Shown: one piece after another, positions 47,986 through 57,233 of the stretch
Layout of the letters: each line of letters starts with the position of its first letter
How positions within the stretch are numbered: position 1 is the stretch's first letter
NCBI GenBank assembly: GCA_963675755.2
Contig: CAXXMD010000002.1
Coordinates: 160,001 to 224,000, forward strand
Length of the DNA stretch: 64,000 bases
Origin: a bacterium
GTDB lineage: Bacteria; Zhuqueibacterota; Zhuqueibacteria; Residuimicrobiales; Krinioviventaceae
Reading direction: 5' to 3'
Made by a program: the position numbers and the translations under genes
The notes under the pieces: generated by a model
Databases searched by the model: none
What the model saw: only the letters and a program-made list of their open reading frames with translations
What the model was told of the DNA's origin: nothing

Positions 47986-49260
47986 TCAATCATGAAGTTT
48001 TACCAGGTCGATATTTGGAGAGATAGGGAATGATGCTATCAGGTTGGTACTGAAACCAATTCGGCTTATTGTGTTTACTTCTAAAGCCAGTTCATAATAT
48101 TCCGGAATGACCCCATGTTTCTCTCTTAATTGAGCTTCAAGTTGTTTAAGAGATTCTTTTTCGGTCAATGCGTTAACAGCTTCGTAAACGCCTGCCAGGT
48201 CCGTACAAGTTATAATCATGATACTATTTTTCTTGTTAGGCCCGGGTAATTTGTTAACCATTACATAATCTTTTCGGGGGCCTGAACCTTGTATACCTTT
48301 GGGAGAAAATGTTTGAACCGAATCCGGTGAATAATTGACAATGAGCTGATGCGGAAAGACTTTATATTGAATATGAAGTTTTGATAATAAGGGATTTAGG
48401 ATTCCCAGTGTTTTTGTTATACCAATAAAAATGATATTATAGTTTTGCAGATCAGAACCGTTTAATTCAGAAGCAAGTTTCATTTCAAAATTGTCATTAT
48501 AGTAGTCAAGAATTGGATATAATGAACGAAACGACCATAAAATTTCTTTTTCAATTATTGCAGGTTTATAGGGTTTGTATGAAATTACAGATGTATCTGC
48601 ATCTATTATTTTGGCATAATTGTTCAAATCTTCTATTGAATTGATTTTACTGTATCTCATAATTTTCATTCCAACAGATTCATGGATATTGTTGGGATTT
48701 TTGGTGCTCTCTATAAAAAAGAATTGATTGCCTACTACAAACAATACAGGCTGATCATTTTTAATAGAATTTTTCCAAATTGGGCTGGAATGAATATATG
48801 ACAAGTCACTGGAATGTCTGGGGTTTGCGTAATTATAATAAATCCATTGAAAAATCAATAATATACTGGGAAGGATAATGAATAGATATTTAATTTTTTT
48901 TGTATCAAAAAAATGAGAGCTGAGATTTTTTTTCTCATTATTTTTTATGAATTTTAACTTGTATCCGCCTTTGGGTATTTCAATTTTTATATCGTCATCT
49001 TTGCCTTCTGACAGATAATAGGTATATAATTTTTTTCTGAGATTATGTGTATGAACTCTTACTATAGAGTCTTCAGCAGGGTTGAAATATGAATTCTTTG
49101 AGAAAACCTCATTTGCAATTGTTGTTTCATTTAGAGGTTCTTTGTTGAATGTGTTTTTATATAAATATAAAAGTAATTTTTTTTCAGTCTTGCATGATTC
49201 AAATTCTTTACTATTTAGAATTTTTTCAATTTGGCTTGAATATATCTGCATGTTGTTCAT
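47986..49260 (-). CDS. Membrane-anchored winged-helix transcriptional regulator (ToxR/CadC-like topology)
   Basis: N-terminal ILNSKEF..KLLLYL..ETTIANEVF..DSIVRVHTHNLRKKLYTYY..IEIPKGGY; one TM (YLFIILPSILLIFQWIYY); ~280-aa extracytoplasmic domain; only minus-strand gene. Confidence 0.75.
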   Translation of the reverse strand: MNNMQIYSSQIEKILNSKEFESCKTEKKLLLYLYKNTFNKEPLNETTIANEVFSKNSYFNPAEDSIVRVHTHNLRKKLYTYYLSEGKDDDIKIEIPKGGYKLKFIKNNEKKNLSSHFFDTKKIKYLFIILPSILLIFQWIYYNYANPRHSSDLSYIHSSPIWKNSIKNDQPVLFVVGNQFFFIESTKNPNNIHESVGMKIMRYSKINSIEDLNNYAKIIDADTSVISYKPYKPAIIEKEILWSFRSLYPILDYYNDNFEMKLASELNGSDLQNYNIIFIGITKTLGILNPLLSKLHIQYKVFPHQLIVNYSPDSVQTFSPKGIQGSGPRKDYVMVNKLPGPNKKNSIMIITCTDLAGVYEAVNALTEKESLKQLEAQLREKHGVIPEYYELALEVNTISRIGFSTNLIASFPISPNIDLVKLHD

Positions 49261-49352
49261 AATCTATTAATTCCTGTACTAGTCATATTTTCAGATGTAA
49301 TGAACAATTACTTGTTTAAAATAGGAGTATAATTATTAAAATGCAATAGTAT

Positions 49353-49423
49353 TGTTAAGGATGTTAAAAACATAAATTAACAGTTATTATCTGGAAATTT
49401 GGGCTAATTATTAATACCATACA
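49353..49423 (+). promoter_or_regulatory. 71-bp conserved non-coding element, copy B, in the divergent regulator/SSS intergenic region
   Basis: 61/71 identical to 28045..28115; begins 93 bp from the regulator start codon. Confidence 0.75.
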
Positions 49424-49741
49424 ATATGTAATTTTTTGTGTTTATCTGGTCCTTTAAAATGATACTAAATCATTGTAAGAATAATGAAAAGTTGAAAATA
49501 CATACTCTAAAAAGAGACAATTTTATTAAATTTTGAATGATTGCATATAAATAATTTAACAGTTCTTTTTACTTTGATCTTTCAATTAATTTCCTGCTGC
49601 AAATTATAATCTTGAAATTGTATTTTGCACCATGACTCACGATTAACTCACCGAATGTGAATGTACTATTGGTAGCGCTGTAATCCATTGCAATTAATTA
49701 GGATTATTTATTGATCAAAAAAATACAGGTTTAGGGAAGAC

Positions 49742-51511
49742 ATGACACTCGGAGTTTGGGATTATACAATACTAATTGGATATTTTACGATTGCTCTTGT
49801 TTTGGTAACAGTCTATTTTAGACGTGCAAGCAAGGGTATAGATGAATATTTTGCTGCGGGTCGTTCTTTACCTTGGTGGCTTTTGGGCACTTCTATGGTT
49901 GCCACTACCTTTAGTACTGACACCCCCAATCTTGTTGCAAATGTGGTTCGTGAAAATGGAGTGTCTGGTAATTGGGTGTGGTGGTCTTTTCTCTTTACTG
50001 GAATGATGACTGTGTTTTTTTATGCACGACTGTGGCGACGCTCTGGAGTACTTACCGATCTCGAGTTTTATGAATTACGTTATTCAGGTAAATCTGCAAC
50101 TTTTGTTAGGGGTTTTAGAGCTTTATACCTGGGATTCTTTTTTAATACAGTCATTATGGCTACGGTAACCTTGTCTGCTGTCAAAATTGCCAATATTCTA
50201 TTTGGCTGGTCCAGAATTGAGACGGTTATTATTTGCTCACTGGGCGCAGTTGCTTTTTCCGTAACATCCGGTTTGTGGGGGGTGGTTGTAACTGATTTAC
50301 TATTGTTCATAATGGCAATGGTTGGGTCCATTTCTGCTGCCTGGTTTTCATTACAACACCCAAGTGTTGGCGGATTGCATGGACTTGTTGAAAAGATCGA
50401 TCCTCAAACTCTTAACCTGTTACCGGATTTTTCGAATTTAGAATCGGCTCTTGCAATATTTATAATTCCATTGGCAGTGCAATGGTGGTCTGTTTGGTAT
50501 CCCGGTGCTGAACCCGGGGGCGGCAGTTATATTGCACAAAGGATGTTGGCTGCTAAAAATGAACGTCACTCTATGGGTGCAACACTCTGGTTTAATATTG
50601 CACATTATGGTCTAAGACCCTGGCCCTGGATTATTGTAGGATTATGCTCAATTCTGGTTTATCCCTCACTTGCTGATATTCAGCAGGTTTTTCCCCATGT
50701 CAGCCCCAATCTTGTAGGACATGATATTGCCTACCCGGCAATGCTGGTGTTTTTACCGGAAGGATTCAGAGGTGTAATGGTAGCTTCGTTGATTGCTGCA
50801 TACCTGTCTACTATGGATACAAGTTTGAATTGGGGTGCTTCTTATATAGTACATGATTTTTATAGACGATTTTTTAAACCCCAGGCCAGTCAACGTCATT
50901 ATATTATGGTCTCCCGAATGAGTACTTTGTTATTGATGGTTTTTGCTGCCATGATTGTATTTGTACTGGATACCGCCAAAAACAGCTTTGATCTATTATT
51001 GTCCATTGGAGCAGGTACCGGCCTGATTTATCTGCTGCGCTGGTTCTGGTGGCGCATCAATGCATGGAGTGAAATTGCTGCAATGATCAGTTCATTTGTT
51101 ATTGCATTTGCTCTGTTTTTTGCAAAACGTGCAGGATTAGAATTATCTACCCATTTTACTCTGATCATTAGCGTTGCAGCAACCACACTTGTCTGGATGC
51201 TTGTAACTTTTTTAACAAAGCCTGCTGATATTAAGGTTTTGGAAACTTTTTACAACCTGGTTCGTCCTGCGGGAAGAGGATGGAAACCAATACAAACTCG
51301 TCTTCAACTTGAACCATCTCATGATAGTGTAACTCATAGCATATTGGGTTGGATTCTGGGCTGCGTTTTTGTTTATTCTGCTCTGTTTTTAATGGGATAT
51401 GTACTTTATGGACAATATGTTTCTGCTATTATTTGCCTGTTACCATTTATAATCAGTTCAATTGGTTTAATTAAAATATTAGGCAAAATGTTTAGTACCA
51501 AATATAACTAA
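49742..51511 (+). CDS. Sodium:solute symporter (SSS family)
   Basis: YFAAGRSLPWW, SMVATTF, AQRMLAAKNE, AAYLSTMDT, YIVHDFY; about 14-15 TM. Confidence 0.92.
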   Translation: MTLGVWDYTILIGYFTIALVLVTVYFRRASKGIDEYFAAGRSLPWWLLGTSMVATTFSTDTPNLVANVVRENGVSGNWVWWSFLFTGMMTVFFYARLWRRSGVLTDLEFYELRYSGKSATFVRGFRALYLGFFFNTVIMATVTLSAVKIANILFGWSRIETVIICSLGAVAFSVTSGLWGVVVTDLLLFIMAMVGSISAAWFSLQHPSVGGLHGLVEKIDPQTLNLLPDFSNLESALAIFIIPLAVQWWSVWYPGAEPGGGSYIAQRMLAAKNERHSMGATLWFNIAHYGLRPWPWIIVGLCSILVYPSLADIQQVFPHVSPNLVGHDIAYPAMLVFLPEGFRGVMVASLIAAYLSTMDTSLNWGASYIVHDFYRRFFKPQASQRHYIMVSRMSTLLLMVFAAMIVFVLDTAKNSFDLLLSIGAGTGLIYLLRWFWWRINAWSEIAAMISSFVIAFALFFAKRAGLELSTHFTLIISVAATTLVWMLVTFLTKPADIKVLETFYNLVRPAGRGWKPIQTRLQLEPSHDSVTHSILGWILGCVFVYSALFLMGYVLYGQYVSAIICLLPFIISSIGLIKILGKMFSTKYN

Positions 51512-51520
51512 ACAACGGGT

Positions 51521-52585
51521 GTGCTTTTGAATTCAAAAGATCGTATACTGAATGCCATTGAGCATAAAACAACGGATAGAATTCCTATAACTTTTGATGC
51601 TGAAATAGAAGTGTATGATGCTCTATACAAGCATCTTTTAATTTCTAATAAAGAGCAATTGTTCGACCGCCTGAATGTAGATACCTGGATGGTATTACCA
51701 AAGAATTTCATTTATCCGGACATTGAACTGGATAATGGATTCAAAACTTCGATTTGGGGATACAAAACCCAATATAAAAATTATTCAGGGGGGGCGTATG
51801 ACGAGTTGTATTACAGTCCTCTTGCCGGTAAAAATGATATTGATGATATAAAAAAACATACCTGGCCCAACGAAAATACCCAGCAATATGATCATTACCC
51901 TGCCGAGATAGCTGCTCACAAGGATCGTACAATTATAGGTGTGTTTACCTGGGGCGCTTATTTTTTAGCTACTCACGTACGAGGAATGCAAGACCTGATG
52001 ATGGACTTTGCTCTTCGAAGACAGTATATCCAATATCTTTTTGATACAATTGCGGATATCAGTTACAATTACCTGGAGAAAATGTTGAAAAATTATGGGG
52101 ATGGTGTTGACATTGTCTATATGGCGGATGATTACTGTTCCCAACAGGGTCCATTTTTTAGTCCTGATGATTTTAAAACGTTTATAGTGCCTTATCTCAA
52201 AAGATATGTCTCACTTGTCCATAAATATAACAAGAAATTTCTGCTGCATGTATGTGGTGCAGTAAGACCTCTTTTGCCTATGATTATTGATTGCGGAGTG
52301 GACATGCTTGAACCGATCCAGACGCGTGCTGCTGGTATGGAGCCGGAGGGATTGAAAAGAGATTTTGGCAACGACATTGCTTTTTATGGTGGTATGGACC
52401 TGCAGCAGACACTGCGCCTGGGCTCTGTTGATGATGTAAAGAATGAAACAAAATATTTGATTGATACGCTGGGTAAAGACGGCGGGTATGTTTTTGGTCC
52501 TGGGCATACCTATATTCAAATTGATGCACCCATTGAAAATATAATTGCAATGTATGATACAGCTATGCAATATTATCCATTTTAA
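51521..52585 (+). CDS. Uroporphyrinogen decarboxylase / MtaA-like TIM-barrel family protein
   Basis: NSKDRILNAIEHKTTDRIP, RGMQDLMMD, ADDY, LHVCG, GGMDLQ, GGYVFGPGH. Confidence 0.82.
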   Translation: MLLNSKDRILNAIEHKTTDRIPITFDAEIEVYDALYKHLLISNKEQLFDRLNVDTWMVLPKNFIYPDIELDNGFKTSIWGYKTQYKNYSGGAYDELYYSPLAGKNDIDDIKKHTWPNENTQQYDHYPAEIAAHKDRTIIGVFTWGAYFLATHVRGMQDLMMDFALRRQYIQYLFDTIADISYNYLEKMLKNYGDGVDIVYMADDYCSQQGPFFSPDDFKTFIVPYLKRYVSLVHKYNKKFLLHVCGAVRPLLPMIIDCGVDMLEPIQTRAAGMEPEGLKRDFGNDIAFYGGMDLQQTLRLGSVDDVKNETKYLIDTLGKDGGYVFGPGHTYIQIDAPIENIIAMYDTAMQYYPF

Positions 52586-52597
52586 TGTGAGGTTGAT

Positions 52598-53377
52598 ATG
52601 GCAAAAATCTATTACGTAGGGGACTGGGCAGTAATGACGGGGCCGGTTTTCGCTGAAACCCCATTTAACTATGCTTATAAGGGACTTGATATTTTTAATT
52701 ACGGCAAGTGGTTAAAAGAGGGCTTGGAAAAAGACGGCAAGCATGATGTCACGTCGGTACCCACCTGGGAGTTTTATAAACTGGCACCAGGTGAATATGA
52801 AAAAATTCTGGATGAATATGATGTTATCATTTTTAGTGATGTTGAAGCTAAAAATTTTCAACTTGCTCCTGCTTTTTTTGATCGCAAGAAATTTGGTACA
52901 CAGGTTTTGACTTTTCCGGATCGTATTCGTTTAACAATTGATGCGGTAAATAATGGAAAGGGTATTTTATTTTTAGGCGGATGGTTATCCTTCACAGGTG
53001 AAATGGGCAAAGGAGGATGGAACCGCACACGTTTAAAAGAAATGCTGCCAGTGCAATGTCTGGATTATGAAGACCTGGTTGAGAGTACTGAAGGATTTAC
53101 AGCAAAATTGTCAACATCAGGGTTGCTTTCTTTTGGAACTATTGATATAGATTCGTTTCCACCTATACTTGGATATAATAAAACTTTGCCTATTGATGAA
53201 GGTGACGTACTGTTGACTGTTAAAGAAACCGGTGATCCTTTGGTGGCGTTTCGGAAATTTGGTGAAGGCAGAGTACTTGCGTATATGTCTGATCCTGCCC
53301 CGCATTGGGGTTGCAATTTTATCTTTTGGGAGCATTATGCCAAATTCTGGTCTGTTTGCATTGAACAGGTTCTTTAG
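52598..53377 (+). CDS. Glutamine amidotransferase-like (GATase1_like / DUF1355-type) protein
   Basis: YDVIIFSDV, LFLGGWLSFTG, LPV, ILGYN, GEGRVLAYMSDPAPHW. Confidence 0.8.
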   Translation: MAKIYYVGDWAVMTGPVFAETPFNYAYKGLDIFNYGKWLKEGLEKDGKHDVTSVPTWEFYKLAPGEYEKILDEYDVIIFSDVEAKNFQLAPAFFDRKKFGTQVLTFPDRIRLTIDAVNNGKGILFLGGWLSFTGEMGKGGWNRTRLKEMLPVQCLDYEDLVESTEGFTAKLSTSGLLSFGTIDIDSFPPILGYNKTLPIDEGDVLLTVKETGDPLVAFRKFGEGRVLAYMSDPAPHWGCNFIFWEHYAKFWSVCIEQVL

Positions 53378-53426
53378 GTTTTAGCTGAATGTCTGGAATA
53401 TCAATAAAACAGGAATTGATTAAATA

Positions 53427-54668
53427 ATGAAATCCGTTTTGAAAAAGATTGGGATATTTTTTGCGTCTATTGCACCTGGTGTGTTTTTGCTGGGTTATAA
53501 TATTGGAACGGGGAGTGTGACTACAGCGGCATCTACAGGTGCGTTATACGGAATGATGTTTGTCTGGCCGTTTTTATTGTCTTGTATTTTTACCTATGTC
53601 CTGATACTGGCATTTGGTCGTTATACGGTAGTAACAGGCAAGACTGCACTGTTTAGTTTCCGTGAGTATTTCGGGACGCCAATTTCAGTATTTGTGCTGA
53701 TAGCGGTTGTGTTTAGTGAATGGGTTGCGTTTATGGGAGTAATGGGCGTAGTTACTGAAGTGGTTAAAGAATGGTCGCGTCCGCTAACTCCCTCGGGAAA
53801 TGGAATTAAAATGATTTGGTCTACTCTGCTATTTGGTGGATTAATATATTTTCTGTTTTGGAAAGGAAAGCACCGTTTCTTTGAGAAAATCTTGCTTGTT
53901 TTTGTAACGCTGATGGGAATCAGTTTTATTGCAACGATGTTTATGGTTATCCCGGATCCTATGCAGGTTATTAAGGGGCTTGTGCCCAGGATACCACATG
54001 AGTCCAATGCTGCATTGCTTATTGCGGGTATGGTGGGTACTACTATGGGGGGGGTGCTTTACTTGGTCCGTTCCATCCTGGTGCAGGAAAAAGGCTGGAA
54101 AATTAGTGATCTGAAAATAGAAAAACGCGATGCTTTTATTAGCGCTACACTCATGTTTGTTCTCAGTGCAGCTATAATGGCCTGTGCTGCAGGCACTCTT
54201 TATCCGCTCGGTTTAAAAGTGGATAATGCCATTGATATGGTCAAGCTGCTTGAACCATTGGCGGGACGTTTTGCCATATCGATATTTGTAGCTGGCATTG
54301 TCAGTGCGGGTTTATCTTCATTGTTTCCTCATATATTGCTTGCACCCTGGTTTCTTGCCGATTTTACCGGCCAGCCTCGTGATATGACCTTGACCAAAAA
54401 TCGTCTCATTGCTCTTTTTACTGTAAGCCTTGGATTTGTAGTACCTGTTTTTGGTGGACGGCCGGTTATGGTGATGATCATTTCTCAGGCTTTTGCTGCT
54501 ATTGTAACTCCCGTGATTATAATTTTAATGTTGATCCTGTTAAACCGTTCATCACTAATGGGAGAGTACAAGATAAAACCCATGTTAAATTTTGTTTTGA
54601 TTGTGATTTTTATTTTTACAGTTTTTATGGCGATCACTGGCATTGTCGGTATTCGTGGATTGTTTTGA
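53427..54668 (+). CDS. Nramp-like permease
   Basis: IAPGVFLLGYNIGTGSVTT, MVGTT, SAGLSS; paralog of 21513..22757. Confidence 0.8.
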   Translation: MKSVLKKIGIFFASIAPGVFLLGYNIGTGSVTTAASTGALYGMMFVWPFLLSCIFTYVLILAFGRYTVVTGKTALFSFREYFGTPISVFVLIAVVFSEWVAFMGVMGVVTEVVKEWSRPLTPSGNGIKMIWSTLLFGGLIYFLFWKGKHRFFEKILLVFVTLMGISFIATMFMVIPDPMQVIKGLVPRIPHESNAALLIAGMVGTTMGGVLYLVRSILVQEKGWKISDLKIEKRDAFISATLMFVLSAAIMACAAGTLYPLGLKVDNAIDMVKLLEPLAGRFAISIFVAGIVSAGLSSLFPHILLAPWFLADFTGQPRDMTLTKNRLIALFTVSLGFVVPVFGGRPVMVMIISQAFAAIVTPVIIILMLILLNRSSLMGEYKIKPMLNFVLIVIFIFTVFMAITGIVGIRGLF

Positions 54669-54687
54669 AAAAAGGAGAATTGAAATT

Positions 54688-55593
54688 ATGTTTTCATCAT
54701 CTATTGTTTGTTGTTATTTGCACCCAATAACTAAATATGGCTATCCTCCCAAAGCTGAAAATACAGTAAACTATTTAGAGGAAATGCATGAAATGGGTTT
54801 CCGTTCTGTAGAACTGGAAGGTATTCGCGAAAAACATTTAATGGGTGTTTATGAGGACCGTGAAAATATATTGAAAAAAATTGACGAGCTGAATTTGAAT
54901 ATCCCTTATTTCTGTATTGTACTGCCGGGTTTGTCATCTCCGGATGAAAAGGAACGTATACGTAATCTTGAGTTGTTTGAAAAGGGATGCGAGATAGCTC
55001 AATTTTTTGGAACAAAGGGAGTACTGGATAATGCGCCATTACCTCCATATCAGTTTCCAACAGATATTCCGGTTGTAAGGCATTATGGAAAAGAGGCATT
55101 GTCGCAGGCATTTTTACCGGAAAATTTAAATTGGGACCATTACTGGAACGATATGGTCCTGACGTATAGAGAAGCTTGTGATATTGCAGCAAAATATGAA
55201 CAGACTTTTCAAATGCATCCATGTTTGGGGGTTTTTGCTTCAAATACAGACGGATTTTTGAATTTGCATGCAGCAGTTCAGCGAGACAATTTACGATTTA
55301 ATCTGGATACTGCAAATCAGTTCATGCAGCATGATAATTTGGTTTTATCTGTGTATCGGACGAGAGAGTATCTTGACTATATACATATTTCGGATAACCG
55401 TGGGACAAATGTTGAGCATCTTGTTCCCGGCAATGGTAACATCCCCTGGGATACTTTTTTTGAAGCCCTGGACCAATGCAGCTTCAAGGGGCACCTGGGT
55501 ATCGATGTAGGTGGTGATGAATCAGATGTTGATGATATAGATAAAGCATTTATTCAAACAGCAAAATGGTTGGAGAAAAAATGGAAAAAGTAA
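54688..55593 (+). CDS. Sugar phosphate isomerase/epimerase (xylose isomerase-like TIM barrel)
   Basis: GFRSVELE, FNLDTAN, YIHISDN, HLVPGNGNIPW. ATG 54688 follows AAGGAG; the ORF track starts at 54643. Confidence 0.82.
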   Translation: MFSSSIVCCYLHPITKYGYPPKAENTVNYLEEMHEMGFRSVELEGIREKHLMGVYEDRENILKKIDELNLNIPYFCIVLPGLSSPDEKERIRNLELFEKGCEIAQFFGTKGVLDNAPLPPYQFPTDIPVVRHYGKEALSQAFLPENLNWDHYWNDMVLTYREACDIAAKYEQTFQMHPCLGVFASNTDGFLNLHAAVQRDNLRFNLDTANQFMQHDNLVLSVYRTREYLDYIHISDNRGTNVEHLVPGNGNIPWDTFFEALDQCSFKGHLGIDVGGDESDVDDIDKAFIQTAKWLEKKWKK

Positions 55594-57233
55594 AATCACT
55601 AAAAGATTGTGCTTTTACAGGAGTGTTGGTCCTGGTTTTAATTACTCTGTTTATCCCAAGTTTAAAAGTTGTAAACGCTTCCCCATTATCTCAAGGTCTT
55701 ATTTATAATGTTCGGGATTATGGCGCGAAGGGTGATTCTGTCACTCTCGATACAAAATCTATTCAAGCAGCTATTGATGATTGTTCAAAACAGGGAGGTG
55801 GTACCGTATTGCTTCCTGCGGGGACATATTTGAGTGGTACATTACATTTAAAAAGCTATATTACACTCCATATTCAGAGCGGGGCTGTATTGCTTGGAAG
55901 TACCCGGATTGATGATTATACTCTCAATTCTCCCGAGTTGGTATCCTACAATGACAGCTTTTTGAAACAGAGCCTCATATACGGGGAAAATCTCGATCAT
56001 ATCAGTATTGAAGGAGATGGGATTATTGACGGACAGGGAGGTGCATTCAAGGTAACCACCAAAGTAAAACCTGATCGTTACAAAAACAGACCTTTTATAC
56101 TTCGTCTGATTCATTGCCGTAACGTTAGGGTAGAAAACATAACTCTGCAAAATTCCGCCATGTGGATGCAGCACTATCTTGCCTGTGAAAATCTGATTAT
56201 TCGAGGTATTAAAGTTTATAATCATTGTAATCAAAATAATGACATGATGGATATTGACGGTTGTAAAAATGTTGTGATTTCTGATTGTATCGGTGATACC
56301 GATGATGATGGATTAACTTTAAAAAGTACTTCCGGGCAGATTACAGAAAATGTCACAATAACCAATTGTATTCTCAGTAGTCATTGCAATGCGCTAAAAT
56401 GTGGTACGGAATCGCATGGCGGATTTAAAAATATTGTTATATCCAATATACTTGTTAAACCCTCTAAAGACGATACAGCCATTTTTGGTGATCCGAAAGG
56501 TATTGGGGGGATTGTTTTGGCTATTGTAGATGGCGGTCTGCTTGATAATGTGAATATCAGTAATGTTCGCATTGAAGGTACGCGGGTACCGCTTTTTCTG
56601 CGTCTGGGCAACCGCGCACGAACTGTTGTGCCGGGTGATATACCGCCAGGTGTAGGAACCTATGAGAATGTAAAAATATCTCATGTTACTGCTACCGGAG
56701 CGGACAGTATCGGGTGTTCTATCACCGGTCTGCCGGGACATCCGGTCAGGAATGTTGAATTGAGCGATATTACCATCTCTTTTCGCGGTGGTGTGGTTGA
56801 CCCGCAACGGCTTGCGAATGTACCGGAAAATGAAACATTTTATCCTGAAAGCACAATGTTTGGTACTTTGCCCGCGTATGGATTTTATCTTCGTCATGCT
56901 GTGAATATTAGTCTAAGTGATATTGATCTGTCTTGTAAACAACCGGATGAACGACCGGCTTTACTGGCTGATGATGTAAAAGAACTGGATATTGACAATT
57001 TAAAAGCAATGGGTAGTGAAAACGCGGAACCTTTGATCTCGCTAATCAATACATCAAATGTTTATTTAACCGATTCACGAGCTAGCAATAGTGCGAATGG
57101 TTTTGTAAGCATTAGCGGAGAATATACCGGTCCTGTTTTTATGTATAATAACAAAATGAGTAACACACGAATACCTATAATGATAAATGATAATGTTCCG
57201 GGAGATGTCATAAAATGTCTAGATTCATATTAA
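55581..57233 (+). CDS. Glycoside hydrolase family 28 protein
   Basis: YNVRDYGAKGD, IQAAIDDC, NNDMMDIDGC, DDDGLTLKS, KCGTES, LPAYGFYLRH. ATG 55581 follows GGAG. Confidence 0.88.
   Translation: MEKVKSLKDCAFTGVLVLVLITLFIPSLKVVNASPLSQGLIYNVRDYGAKGDSVTLDTKSIQAAIDDCSKQGGGTVLLPAGTYLSGTLHLKSYITLHIQSGAVLLGSTRIDDYTLNSPELVSYNDSFLKQSLIYGENLDHISIEGDGIIDGQGGAFKVTTKVKPDRYKNRPFILRLIHCRNVRVENITLQNSAMWMQHYLACENLIIRGIKVYNHCNQNNDMMDIDGCKNVVISDCIGDTDDDGLTLKSTSGQITENVTITNCILSSHCNALKCGTESHGGFKNIVISNILVKPSKDDTAIFGDPKGIGGIVLAIVDGGLLDNVNISNVRIEGTRVPLFLRLGNRARTVVPGDIPPGVGTYENVKISHVTATGADSIGCSITGLPGHPVRNVELSDITISFRGGVVDPQRLANVPENETFYPESTMFGTLPAYGFYLRHAVNISLSDIDLSCKQPDERPALLADDVKELDIDNLKAMGSENAEPLISLINTSNVYLTDSRASNSANGFVSISGEYTGPVFMYNNKMSNTRIPIMINDNVPGDVIKCLDSY

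Noticed and set aside
51521-52585. hemE (true uroporphyrinogen decarboxylase)
   Set aside because: Lacks the MRQAGRY motif and has no heme-pathway context.
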